A DNA stretch of 64,000 nucleotides from Candidatus Poribacteria bacterium. Its GTDB lineage: Bacteria; Poribacteria; WGA-4E; WGA-3G. A program made the position numbers and the translations under genes. Positions 9,100 through 18,800 of this stretch are shown here, in pieces. The stretch spans positions 1,179,428 through 1,243,427 of the forward strand of contig OZ244821.1 in the NCBI GenBank assembly GCA_965220325.1, written 5' to 3'. Positions within the stretch are counted from its first letter, which is position 1, and every line of letters begins with the position of its first letter. The notes under the pieces are model-generated. The model saw only the letters and a list, made by a program, of their open reading frames with translations. It had not been told where the DNA came from and did not search any database.

Positions 9100-10503
9100 A
9101 TGAAAACACAAACGATGTATGAAAAAATATGGGAGGCGCATCTCGTGCGCGCTTCCGCTGATGAGGTGCCGATTCTTTATATCGACACGCATCTCGTCCA
9201 CGAAGTCACATCCCCGCAAGCGTTTGAGGGGCTGCGACTCAACAACCGAAAGGTACGCCGACCTGATCTGACCTTCGCAACGATGGATCACAACGTGCCG
9301 ACGACAGATAGATCGCTACCGATCACCGACCTGATCGCAGCGAAACAGATGGAGACGCTGGCAGAAAATTGCACTGAGTTTGACATCCCGCTCTACGACA
9401 TTGATAGTCCTGATCAAGGGATCGTCCATGTCATCGGACCGGAACTCGGTATCACACAACCCGGTAAGACCATCGTCTGCGGTGATAGCCATACCTCAAC
9501 GCACGGTGCACTCGGTGCACTCGCCTTCGGGATCGGCACGAGTGAGATTGAACATGTCCTCGCGACGCAGTGCCTCTTGCAACAGAAATCAGAGACATTC
9601 GAGATTCGGATTGATGGCACACTCCCCTACGGCGTGACCGCAAAAGACATTATCCTCTCGATTATCGGGCATATCGGTATCGACGGCGGCAACGGCGCTG
9701 TCGTCGAGTATACCGGTTCTGCGATCCGCGCTCTTAGTATTGAGGAGCGGATGACAGTTTGCAATATGTCGATTGAGGCAGGCGCACGCGCCGGTATGAT
9801 CGCACCCGACGATACGACCTATGAATATATCGCTGGCAAACGTTTCGCACCGAAAGGTGAAGATTTTGAGGCAGCGGTTGAACGTTGGAAGCAGCTACCG
9901 ACTGACGAAGGCGCGACTTATGACCGAACGCTACAACTCGATGCAGCTGACATCGCGCCGCAGGTGACATGGGGGACAAACCCCGGTATGGTCACCGATG
10001 TGACAGGACGTGTCCCGGACCCAGCAGCCATGACGACAACCGACGACAAGCGCGCCGCAGAACACGCTTTAGAATATATGGACCTCCAACCCGGCACCCC
10101 GATAACAGATATTCCTGTCGATAGGGTTTTCATCGGTAGCTGCACGAACTCTCGTATCAGCGATTTACGGGCTGCTGCGGAAGTCGCTAAAGGAAGGAAA
10201 GTCGCAGAGAACGTCAGCGCGATGGTCGTCCCGGGTTCGCAGGCGGTTAAACGTCAAGCGGAGGTGGAAGGGCTTGACAAGGTTTTTCAAGAAGCCGGCT
10301 TTGAATGGCGTGAAGCGGGTTGTAGTATGTGCCTCGGTATGAATCCTGATACCCTGATGCCGGGTCAACGTTGTGCCAGCACATCGAACCGGAATTTTGA
10401 AGGTAGACAGGGCAAAGGTGGACGCACGCATCTCGTCAGTCCACAGATGGCGGCTGCGACGGCGGTTACAGGCCGTTTCGTGGACATCCGAAAGTTTCAA
10501 TAG
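9100..10503 (+). CDS. leuC: 3-isopropylmalate dehydratase large subunit
   Basis: [10 protein letters not shown]...[21 protein letters not shown]...[10 protein letters not shown] closely matches LeuC. Confidence 0.9.
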   Translation: MKTQTMYEKIWEAHLVRASADEVPILYIDTHLVHEVTSPQAFEGLRLNNRKVRRPDLTFATMDHNVPTTDRSLPITDLIAAKQMETLAENCTEFDIPLYDIDSPDQGIVHVIGPELGITQPGKTIVCGDSHTSTHGALGALAFGIGTSEIEHVLATQCLLQQKSETFEIRIDGTLPYGVTAKDIILSIIGHIGIDGGNGAVVEYTGSAIRALSIEERMTVCNMSIEAGARAGMIAPDDTTYEYIAGKRFAPKGEDFEAAVERWKQLPTDEGATYDRTLQLDAADIAPQVTWGTNPGMVTDVTGRVPDPAAMTTTDDKRAAEHALEYMDLQPGTPITDIPVDRVFIGSCTNSRISDLRAAAEVAKGRKVAENVSAMVVPGSQAVKRQAEVEGLDKVFQEAGFEWREAGCSMCLGMNPDTLMPGQRCASTSNRNFEGRQGKGGRTHLVSPQMAAATAVTGRFVDIRKFQ

Positions 10504-10539
10504 GAAGGCTCAAAGGTTGGAAGATACTGGAAAGGAAAT

Positions 10540-10761
10540 GTGGAGGTAATAATGGAATCTACCATCATTGAAAAAATCAGGGAGCTTCCTCCAGAGCTCC
10601 AAGAAGAAGTCATTAATTTCATTGATTTCTTGCGAACAAAAGAGAGTTCAAAACGAAAAAAGAAGAAACCAAACTTGGAATGGATTGGCGGATTAAAAGC
10701 GTATCGCGACCAGTTTACGGCTCTCGAACTTCAGAAAAAAGCATCAGATTGGAGGGATTAG
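10540..10761 (+). CDS. orphan DUF2281-like antitoxin
   Basis: TIIEKIRELPPELQEEVINFIDFL parallels TIQEIVQRLDKLTPVQQKQILNSILSFL in the antitoxin at 8711-8941. Sits between leuC and leuD. Confidence 0.5.
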   Translation: MEVIMESTIIEKIRELPPELQEEVINFIDFLRTKESSKRKKKKPNLEWIGGLKAYRDQFTALELQKKASDWRD

Positions 10762-10856
10762 TGTACCTCGCGGATACCAATATTTTCCTTGAAGCCTTGT
10801 TGGAACAAGACCAAAACGAAAAGAACCCATTGAGGTGTTATAATGGAAGCGTTTAA
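10761..10856 (+). pseudogene. decayed VapC (PIN) toxin remnant, about 31 codons
   Basis: GTG-initiated [31 protein letters not shown] then a stop, which is only the PIN N-terminal strand. It overlaps the leuD start. Confidence 0.4.
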
Positions 10857-11433
10857 AGAACACGTTGGACGTGTTGTCCCACTTGACCGGATTAATGTTG
10901 ATACAGACCAGATCATCCCGAAGCAATTCTTGAAACGGATTGAACGGACAGGCTTCGGTGAATTTCTTTTTAACGATTGGCGTTACCTTGAAAATGGTGA
11001 TCCGAACCCAGAATTCGTGCTGAACTTCCCGCGCTATGCAGGTGCCAGTATTCTTGTTGCTGGTGCGAATTTCGGTTGCGGTAGCTCGCGTGAGCATGCC
11101 CCGTGGGCACTTCAGCAGTACGGGTTCAAAGCGATCCTCGCGCCATCGTTTGCGGACATTTTCCGCAATAACTGCTATAAGAACGGTATCCTTCCGATAA
11201 CGCTGCCTGCGGACGTTATCGCATCGCTCAGCCAAGAGGTACACGACACTGAGGGCTATCAATTGATGGTAGATTTGGAGGAGCAATCGGTGATCTGCGC
11301 TGACGGCACTGTACACACTTTTGAGATCGGGGATTTTGAGAAGCACTGCTTGCTGAATGGACTCGATGAAATCGGTTGGACTTTGCAATATGAAGCGGAC
11401 ATCGCAGCGTTTGAAAACCGAGGCAGCGCGTAA
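10843..11433 (+). CDS. leuD: 3-isopropylmalate dehydratase small subunit
   Basis: [49 protein letters not shown] closely matches LeuD. Confidence 0.9.
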   Translation: MEAFKEHVGRVVPLDRINVDTDQIIPKQFLKRIERTGFGEFLFNDWRYLENGDPNPEFVLNFPRYAGASILVAGANFGCGSSREHAPWALQQYGFKAILAPSFADIFRNNCYKNGILPITLPADVIASLSQEVHDTEGYQLMVDLEEQSVICADGTVHTFEIGDFEKHCLLNGLDEIGWTLQYEADIAAFENRGSA

Positions 11434-11513
11434 AAAGTTCTGTGGAAACTGCAGATTTCTGAATCGCAGATATGCGTTGAAAAAGAAAAACGGCTTATAG
11501 TATAATAAAAATC

Positions 11514-12590
11514 ATGAACGTTTCAAACATAGATCTCTACCGTTTTTTTCCATCGCCGCTGGCACACTTTCCGGACAGAAGCGCGCGGTGGTTGTTTATA
11601 GACCCAGAGAACGTTAAAGGTTTAGTAGAACTCGTCGCGGGGCGTATCGCTACCCTATTGGATTTTAGCCAACTCACAGCCCTCAACCGGGACTTTCTGT
11701 CCGACACGCTCCGTGAACAGGAAGCCGACCTCGTTTTTAGTGTCCCGTTTCGCGATACCTCAGCAGACCAAGAACTGATCATCCACATCCTCATAGAGCA
11801 TCAATCTGGGGTGGACAAAGAGATGTGGTTTCGGTTTTTAGGATATATGTATAATCTCTGGGTTGCAGAACGTCAACGGTGGACAGCGGAGGAGGTTCCG
11901 AAAGAGGAACGCCGGTTGCTTCCGATTCTCCCGATCCTCTTTTACACCGGCGATCAGTCTTGGAGCCTCCCGCTGGCTCCAACTTCACTGATGGAAATCC
12001 CAGAGATACTTGCGCCGTTTGTTCCGACGTTTAACGTACTTTTGTTGGATGTCAAACAGACTGAACCAATCGAACTGACCAAAACAGGACATCCCCTCGG
12101 GTGGTTGCTTACGGTGCTCCAAAAGGAATTATCTTCAAAAGAAGAACTTACTGAGGCCTTAGTGACAGCACTCGATAGTTTAGATACGGTGCAAACCGAG
12201 CAGCATAGACGTGCGATGATATACTTGGCATCGCTCGTATATCATCGACGCCCCCCTGAAGAACGCGATACTTTGATAAAGGTCATAGACGCGCATTCGC
12301 GTGGAATGGAGGTAAAAACCATGTTTCAATCAATGGCAGAAGTCACATTTCAAAAAGGGATAGAGCAAGGGATAGAGCAAGGGATAGAGCAAGGGATAGA
12401 GCAAGGGGAAGCCCGCGCAAAACAGGTGGCACTCCTGAAACTCTTACACCACCAATTTCAGAGCATTCCCGAAACGTTAACAACATGGATTCAGACCCTC
12501 CACGATCCTGTTCATCTTGATAGGCTCTTTGAGAAGGTTCTGAACGCGGAAAACCTTCAAGATATTGACTGGGAGACCGATGACGCGTAA
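11514..12590 (+). CDS. Rpn family recombination-promoting nuclease / putative transposase (PD-(D/E)XK, YhgA-like)
   Basis: IIHILIEHQSGVDKEMWFRFLGYMYNLW core motif. C-terminal tandem (GIEQ)x4 encoded by 12-bp repeats at 12359-12406. Confidence 0.75.
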   Translation: MNVSNIDLYRFFPSPLAHFPDRSARWLFIDPENVKGLVELVAGRIATLLDFSQLTALNRDFLSDTLREQEADLVFSVPFRDTSADQELIIHILIEHQSGVDKEMWFRFLGYMYNLWVAERQRWTAEEVPKEERRLLPILPILFYTGDQSWSLPLAPTSLMEIPEILAPFVPTFNVLLLDVKQTEPIELTKTGHPLGWLLTVLQKELSSKEELTEALVTALDSLDTVQTEQHRRAMIYLASLVYHRRPPEERDTLIKVIDAHSRGMEVKTMFQSMAEVTFQKGIEQGIEQGIEQGIEQGEARAKQVALLKLLHHQFQSIPETLTTWIQTLHDPVHLDRLFEKVLNAENLQDIDWETDDA

Positions 12591-12749
12591 CAACCTCCGC
12601 CTGGTCCCAGGACCCGAGACGGTTATTGGGTTCATTACAGGCACCGATGATGGATTTCTTTAGCATCGGCGCAGTCGCGGCATTATAGCGATGTAGATTG
12701 TTGGTTCATTTGGTACTTGCAGCTCCTTGAAAATCTGTTTGAACTCAGT

Positions 12750-12872
12750 CCTATAGTCGCTGGAAAATAGGATGTTGTGGTGTGCTAACGCTGGGTGCTT
12801 GGGCTTGCATTTTTTCTGCTGTGCCGATCTCTCTTCCGTTAGGGTCGACGAGTATTACGTGTTCTTGGGTCA
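12750..12872 (-). pseudogene. isopentenyl-diphosphate delta-isomerase (idi) 5' fragment, 40 codons
   Basis: Minus-strand translation MTQEHVILVDPNGREIGTAEKMQAQAPSVSTPQH... resembles the Idi N-terminus ([25 protein letters not shown]...) and then terminates. It lies between the Rpn gene and Uma2 gene amid repeats. Confidence 0.4.
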
Positions 12873-12892
12873 TTTATATTTTTTCCTTCTGG

Positions 12893-13095
12893 CACAGGTT
12901 AAGAGATTATGCTACAAAGTGAACAGGAGACCAACAGACTATTCTACAAAAGAACGAACTGGCGATAATAACAGATTATGCTACAAAGAGAACAGGCTAA
13001 CAGCCTATTCTACAAAGAGAACACACGATAACAGCGAACAGGCTAACAGCCTATTCTACAAAAGAGGGAACTGGAGACCAACAGCCTATTTTACT
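12893..13095. repeat. tandem/dispersed AGGCTAACAGCCT-type palindromic repeats (ACAGGCTAACAGCCTATTCTACAAAAGAG units)
   Basis: Four or more units here. Related copies at 1262-1312 and 20207-20338. Confidence 0.5.
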
Positions 13096-13153
13096 GTTGA
13101 ACGGGTGTCACCGAAATTGGGAAAGCCTGTCTATTCGGATGACCGGAATATCT

Positions 13154-13981
13154 CTATTCTTCTGAAGGGCGTGTTTGGAAGCGTGCAAGTTGTTCTCGGA
13201 GACGTTCGACTTCTGCTTCGGCGTTTTCTGCTCGGTCGTGCTGCTGCTGACGTGCAATCGCTTCCCGCTCTGCTTGGGCTTCGGCTGTTTCTGCTCGGGC
13301 TTCGGCTGTTTCTGCTCGGGCTTCGGCTGTTTCTGCTCGGGCAGCCTGCATCTCCTCCGGCGTTTGCAACCACTTGCCACCCATCGGATCGTAAACCCGC
13401 AAACGCCCCTCTTGTATAACGAAATCTAAACTCAGAACATCTGAATGGATACGTCCATCAGCATCCGGTTCTATCGGCACATACACACCCGCTACAAGCC
13501 GAAAACCCATGAGCGGTGGAGACAGATAAAGTGACTCGGCATCATAGAGCAGATAGTTCGATATGCCGAGTGCAGCGTAGAGTGCTTTCTTGTCGGTGAG
13601 GTCGTTCCGATACGTCGTCTTACTTGAGAATTCCATCACAAAATCTGGAACTTTGCCCTCTTCCCAGACTTTGTATGTGTGTCGCCGTTTTTGACCGATG
13701 TCGAAAGCGACGAGAACATCAGGGGCAACGACATCACGAGGGTTGCCCTCGGTGTAATAAGTGAGAATATCACCGGAGACGTAAGTATCGGGCATAGCGG
13801 CGAAATGTTCCCGCAGTGCTTGTATAAGCCAGATAAGGATTTCCAAGTGGAGGTCGCTTGCTGCCATCGGTTTACCGTCCGTATCAGGGTAGAGGTCTGC
13901 TGTATCTGTGGGTGCGTAAGATATATTGCGTCTATTTGTGTGCGTCCGCATCGGTGTTTCTCCTCTGCCGTGAGGCATCAA
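13154..13981 (-). CDS. Uma2 family (DUF820) endonuclease with C-terminal AETAEAR repeat extension
   Basis: YPDTDGKPMAASDLH...VVAPDVLVAFDIGQKRRHTYKVWEEGKVPDFVMEFSSKTT...YAALGISNYLLYD are Uma2 motifs. The C-terminus carries (AETAEARA)x3 from 24-bp tandem repeats at 13255-13330. The start may be M11 (13951). Confidence 0.75.
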   Translation of the reverse strand: MMPHGRGETPMRTHTNRRNISYAPTDTADLYPDTDGKPMAASDLHLEILIWLIQALREHFAAMPDTYVSGDILTYYTEGNPRDVVAPDVLVAFDIGQKRRHTYKVWEEGKVPDFVMEFSSKTTYRNDLTDKKALYAALGISNYLLYDAESLYLSPPLMGFRLVAGVYVPIEPDADGRIHSDVLSLDFVIQEGRLRVYDPMGGKWLQTPEEMQAARAETAEARAETAEARAETAEAQAEREAIARQQQHDRAENAEAEVERLREQLARFQTRPSEE

Positions 13982-14101
13982 AAACGTATCTTAAGGTTCT
14001 GAAGCGTATTATACCTTTTTCGGTAGCAGGATGTCAATCTTTTTATCACGACTGAATCCGTCGGTTTGCTATGTAGCGTTCGATTACCGCACATGAACCG
14101 C

Positions 14102-14407
14102 CTACACATCAGAACCGTTTTGTGGTACGCCGGGGGGCGGTTCTGTAAATTCCTCACTCCGCGCCGCCGCTTCTTTTCTTCGGCGATCCCATTCCACGAT
14201 TTCTTGATAAACTGCGGCCTTGCCTTCAGCAATGCCCTCGGCCTTGCCTTCAGCAATGCCCTCGGCTTTGGCAGCCTGAATCCGTTTTTCTCGCCTGTCA
14301 AGATACCAATCTGACAATAACATAATTACGTCAATGCCTCCTACTATCATTCCAGGATCATTCAATTCTCGATTTGGATATTGGTTTTGCTTTACGTAAG
14401 TGAACAC
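14102..14407 (-). CDS. hypothetical small protein with (AEGIAEGK) tandem repeats
   Basis: GTG start. C-terminal W..RRKEAA...E.F.EP.P tail is shared with 20812-21351. The N-terminal 16 codons are also found as a remnant at 21440-21497 next to a REP copy. Confidence 0.35.
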   Translation of the reverse strand: MFTYVKQNQYPNRELNDPGMIVGGIDVIMLLSDWYLDRREKRIQAAKAEGIAEGKAEGIAEGKAAVYQEIVEWDRRRKEAAARSEEFTEPPPGVPQNGSDV

Positions 14408-14414
14408 CCTTAGG

Positions 14415-14496
14415 AAAGATCGCGAGCGCAGCTCGCTCCTACAGGGGAGGAGTATTTACATAAACAAAGTGAATATGTAAAATTGAATGGTCCTGC
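14415..14496 (+). repeat. REP element copy
   Basis: AAAGATCGCGAGCGCAGCTCGCTCCTACAGGGGAGG...TTTACATAAACAAAGTGAATATGTAAA. Same family as 905-986. Confidence 0.6.
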
Positions 14497-14647
14497 TATG
14501 ATTCCGACTAAAACGCCACCAATAGGAATAAATGCCGAAATATCTTTTACGACATTCTGAACAGAGGGGTGTCCCTTCCAACCTTCTGCTATTTCATAAT
14601 CCACAGCGATGAAACCGTAGATGCTAACAAAAAACGAAATAAGGAAA

Positions 14648-14775
14648 AGTGCTCGCGATAAATATAACGACTCTTTTGTAGGAGCGAGCTGCGCTCGCGA
14701 TCTTCCTCATGCCATCGCGATCTTCCTCATGCCATCGCGATCTTCCTCATGCCATCGCGATCTTCCTCATTCCAT
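14648..14775 (-). repeat. inverted REP copy (TGTAGGAGCGAGCTGCGCTCGCGATC) plus a x4 tandem 20-mer (CATCGCGATCTTCCTCATGC) flanking the RAYT 3' end
   Basis: Reverse complement of the REP core, oriented opposite to the REP array on the other side of the RAYT gene. Confidence 0.55.
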
Positions 14776-15240
14776 CTCATATTTACATCGCCAAAATGGA
14801 TAATCCCGCGCAGCCTTTACCAATCCTGCTCTCACCGGGTTATGATAACAATATTCGATAATAGCGTTCAACGATTCATCCCGTCGAATACCGTGATCAT
14901 GGTAAGCAGGTTGCCAAATCGAACCGCTACGATCCAAACACGCATTAATCTGTTTCGCTGTGTGGCTTTTGAAGGACTGTATGAGTCTTGATAATGTTTG
15001 TTTACTGCCGAGTTGGATAACGGTGTGGATATGATCTGGCATCACACAGATACAAAACCATCTGAGTCGATCATTGGTTTCGAGCCAATCAAATGACTGA
15101 AAAATGATGTCAGCGATTTTGGGAGTTGCAAGCAGCGGTTTTTTCTTAAGTGTCGTAAGCGTGAGATAATAGTAGGTACCGGGTATGGAGTATCTGCCTT
15201 TACGGAGTTGTCGGTGTCCGCGGGTGGGTGTTCGTTGCAT
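14767..15240 (-). CDS. REP-associated tyrosine transposase (RAYT, IS200/IS605-like HuH transposase)
   Basis: 157 aa. HuH motif VMPDHIHTVIQL, SIWQPAYHDHGIR, and catalytic-Tyr region EYCYHNPVRAGLVKAARDYPFW, collinear with E. coli TnpA_REP. Flanked by inverted REPs. Confidence 0.9.
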   Translation of the reverse strand: MQRTPTRGHRQLRKGRYSIPGTYYYLTLTTLKKKPLLATPKIADIIFQSFDWLETNDRLRWFCICVMPDHIHTVIQLGSKQTLSRLIQSFKSHTAKQINACLDRSGSIWQPAYHDHGIRRDESLNAIIEYCYHNPVRAGLVKAARDYPFWRCKYEME

Positions 15241-15274
15241 TTCATATTCCTATAAGTTAGAGATTGTTTTTAGT

Positions 15275-15608
15275 GCCAAGATCGCGAGCACAGGGTCAAG
15301 ATCGCGAGCATAGTGCCAAGATCGCGAGCGACAAGAAACACCGTTTTTGCTTGGGCGTTTCTTGTAAGCAAAAACACTCGCTCCTACACAAGAGACGTTA
15401 GAATAATCGCGAGCACAGCTCGCTCCTACACAAGAGACGTTAGAATAATCGCGAGCACAGCTCGCTCCTACACAAGAGACGTTAGAATAATCGCGAGCAC
15501 AGCTCGCTCCTACACAAGAGACGTTAGAATAATCGCGAGCACAGCTCGCTCCTACACAAGAGACGTTAGAATAATCGCGAGCACAGCTCGCTCCTACACA
15601 AGAGGTGT
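15275..15608 (+). repeat. REP tandem array (about 7 units; five near-identical 42-bp units AATCGCGAGCACAGCTCGCTCCTACACAAGAGACGTTAGAAT)
   Basis: Direct tandem repeats with no spacers, so not CRISPR. The first units carry a 45-bp insertion in the hairpin loop identical to that in copy 21497. Confidence 0.65.
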
Positions 15609-15743
15609 TGAAGCATGTAAAAATGGTATAAGGCGCGAGTTGTTGGTCGAAACCGAAAGATTTTTTCGGAGAAAAAATCGTACCAACAACCAACAACCAA
15701 CAACCAACAACCAACAACCAATAACCCTTAAAAAAGCAAATAG

Positions 15744-15775
15744 CGGTGGACAGGGGATCCACCGCTATTTTTTCG
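15744..15775 (-). terminator. stem-loop AGCGGTGGACAGGGGATCCACCGCT with flanking T/A runs, probable bidirectional terminator downstream of the LTD-protein gene
   Basis: 9-bp perfect stem. TTTTTT follows on the plus strand and ATTTGCTTTTTT on the minus strand. Confidence 0.45.
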
Positions 15776-15821
15776 GTTAGTTCTTCGGTTATAATTCATC
15801 CCTGAATAACCGAGTTGTTGC

Positions 15822-18800
15822 TTATTGCAACGATTTTAGTTCACCCCATGTCGTTGTCGCTTTACCAGTAGGGGAGACATGACCACGAAGGTGTGTGACC
15901 TTTAGAACCTGGATATCACCATCAATGGAGACATCTTGGATCTGGTAGTAGTAGACGACATTGGGTTTCGCGGTCTTGTCAACGAACTCGTAAGCCGTAC
16001 GTTCGCTCGTTGTACCTTGACCTGCGATTAACTGCGTATTAAGTTTCGTGAATTGACCGTCTCGGGTGTCACTCCGGAGGATGTTGAATCCTGCGTTGTC
16101 CAACTCAGATTCGGTGATCCAACGGATAGCGACAGAACCGTCGTCAAGACGTGTCGGACGGAACGTTGATAGTTCAACAGGAAGGACACCACCAGCGTTA
16201 TGGCCAGGGCTGCCTTGATCACTCGTGTGCCCGTAAGAGGTCGCATCAAGCGTCCGACCTAACTGTTGACTCATATCGAAGAACTTCCAAGCATTCTTGT
16301 CCATTCCGTCAATCGGTCCCATAGTATCCGATACACGAACCAGAGAGATACGGTTGCTATTAGCGCCTATAGTGTTAGGCAGCATCCAACTGATTGGCAC
16401 GAAGGACTGACCGTTTGAACGACGATCATTTTCCGGTGCTGGACCGAGGTTACCAATCGTATCAACAGCGTGATAGACGCTATCCTTTTCCCACGCTTCA
16501 ACCTTTATCTGGAACCCGTAAGTATTCAGTAGCAACTGACTACCTCTCCTATTGACCGAATGGATACGTTCCTTAGGAAGCATGGTATTGTTGCGAGCCG
16601 AACGGGCAACAATCAGATACGACTGTCTCGGTGGGATAACATGATTCGGGAGCCTGAAGGATATAGTCAGATCACCATCGAATGAACCAACGCCACCATC
16701 GGCACTATCCATGTCGTGGTTCGTGACAGTGATTCTCCAACCCTGGACACTGACAGCCTCCGTACGAGATGTATTGAAGAGCTCAATCCACTCTGGCAGA
16801 TTTCGAGGTCCCTGGTCTATCATTATTTCGCTAACGATCACCGAGCTACGTGTGGTCGCATCGAATCTGTTATGTCTGGCATGTGCGCTATGCGGATGTC
16901 CCGGTGTGCCACCGTTCTGTGCATTCGGCTTGGCTTTCCGTTTATAACCAATACCCGACCAACCGTTATCATCATCACGGAAAGCAACCTTATCGCTGTT
17001 GTTGTTATTCTCTTTCGACTTGGTGCCATCAATATCCGCGTGTTGACGACGTTGAACCGTTCCCACTGTCAATTTGTTGTTCTCACGGTTAGGTGCTGGG
17101 AAGTTACTCAAAGGCCAGAGATTCGTGAACCGGGTGCCATCATCAACTTTCAGATTAGGGTGATAACCCGCGATGTCTCGGATGTTGTTATCGCCGGTAG
17201 AACCGTTCCGATCCTGGCGATTTCGCAGGACTAAGACGAAGTTACTATGGTCGTCCGGCAGTTCGTTGAAGGTGTGCGCAACCATATAACGTGCCGAATT
17301 CTCGTTAACACCAGGCACATAGTTGGCTTCACCGGGTTTCGCAACTGTCCACGTATTTCTGACACCGAAATTCCAACCCGCGGCTAACGGATGGTTCGGA
17401 TCGCCTGTCGGATCCTTCTTAACAACGAGCAGAATACCACCCGCAGGGACGTTCCGATCTGCAGTCGTGAAATCAATCAAGTCATCATCCTTATCTAAAC
17501 CGGTTATCATCGTGACTTCATAGTTCTTGAGGTTAACGTTACCACCAGAGACGTTACGCAGTTCAATCCATTCGTAATCTGGATTGTCGTGGTTAGCGAT
17601 CTCATTGAAGATGATTGGACCACGATTGGCGTTGGTTGTTCCGACGAGTTGAACGCCAGCACGTTCTTTTTGACCCGGTGTGCCTCTATGGTTCGTTGCA
17701 TAGAGCTCCGTCGATTTCGTCCAATGACCGGATTGATGTCCTGGTCCACCTCCATTGCTCCGGTACATAGAGATGAACTCTACCATACCAGTGACCATAC
17801 CACTGCCATCAGTGGCACCACTGTTACCGTTCTGACCTTTACCAAGCACCCAGTCATCACCAGCACCAACGACGTTACTGATACGGTCAGTCTCTTCGGC
17901 AAGTGCCGGACGCCTTGCTTGACTACTAATTTTTATAGCAGAAATCGCGAAGTTTTTATCAGATGTACGGTTGTGGAGTTCAATCCACTGTTCACCGAGG
18001 TACGCAGCTCTGTTATCAATCTGACCTTGGTCAACAGCCCACATAACTTCGCTGAAGACGACTTGCAGACGGGTCGCACCCGTAACTTTCACATTGATCG
18101 TACCGCCAATGTCAAACAACTCTTCCAGGTCCGGCATCTCTTCTTCATCTGATACCTCTGACCAACTCACCACATCAGGTGAGAGATTACCGAAAGATGG
18201 CGGACTGTCTTTATCACGGACGACGACGAGGTATTTACCGGCAGCAAGCATCGCTGCTGCTGGTGGTGTTTTTGCTGTGACTGTTTCCTTCATACCGGTT
18301 GCTTTCATTGCTGAAACACTAACTTCTACACTTGTCGCACCAGCAGTAGGCGTAATTTCTACAGTCCACATCGTGTCCATTGTGGCATCTGCCGTAGCTG
18401 GCATAGGTGTGCCAGCGGTACCGCCCATAACCATAATATCAGCCATTGCTAACTCGACTTTTTCAGAAAAGTTCAAGGTGACGGTAAACTTTTTATCAAC
18501 CGTGGCAGTAGAATCTGCCAAGATCGTTACAGTCGGTGGTGACTCGGCTGTGACTTCTAGCTCAGCACCAGTTGCTTCCTTTTCTGCGACATCAACTACT
18601 ACACTTGCCGCATCAAGAACAGGGCTAATTTCTACAGTCCACATCGTGTCCATTGTGGCATCTGCCGTAGCTGGCATAGGTGTGCCAGCTTCACCGCCCG
18701 TAACGATAATATCAGCCTTTTCTAACATAACTGGCTTATTGAATGTCAAGGTAGCAGTAAACTTTTTATCAACCGTGGCATCGGGAGCAGTGATTGTCAC

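Noticed and set aside
10744-11388. 214 aa minus-strand ORF
   Set aside because: It is completely antisense to leuD, which has unambiguous homology.
12772-13419. 215 aa plus-strand ORF
   Set aside because: It spans the AGGCTAACAGCCT repeat array and runs antisense into Uma2. Low-complexity translation.
15250-15780. Long ORFs on both strands (170 aa and 155 aa) and a possible CRISPR array
   Set aside because: They are read-through translations of the 42-bp REP tandem array. The repeats are contiguous with no unique spacers, so it is not CRISPR, and the ORFs have periodic, non-protein-like sequence.
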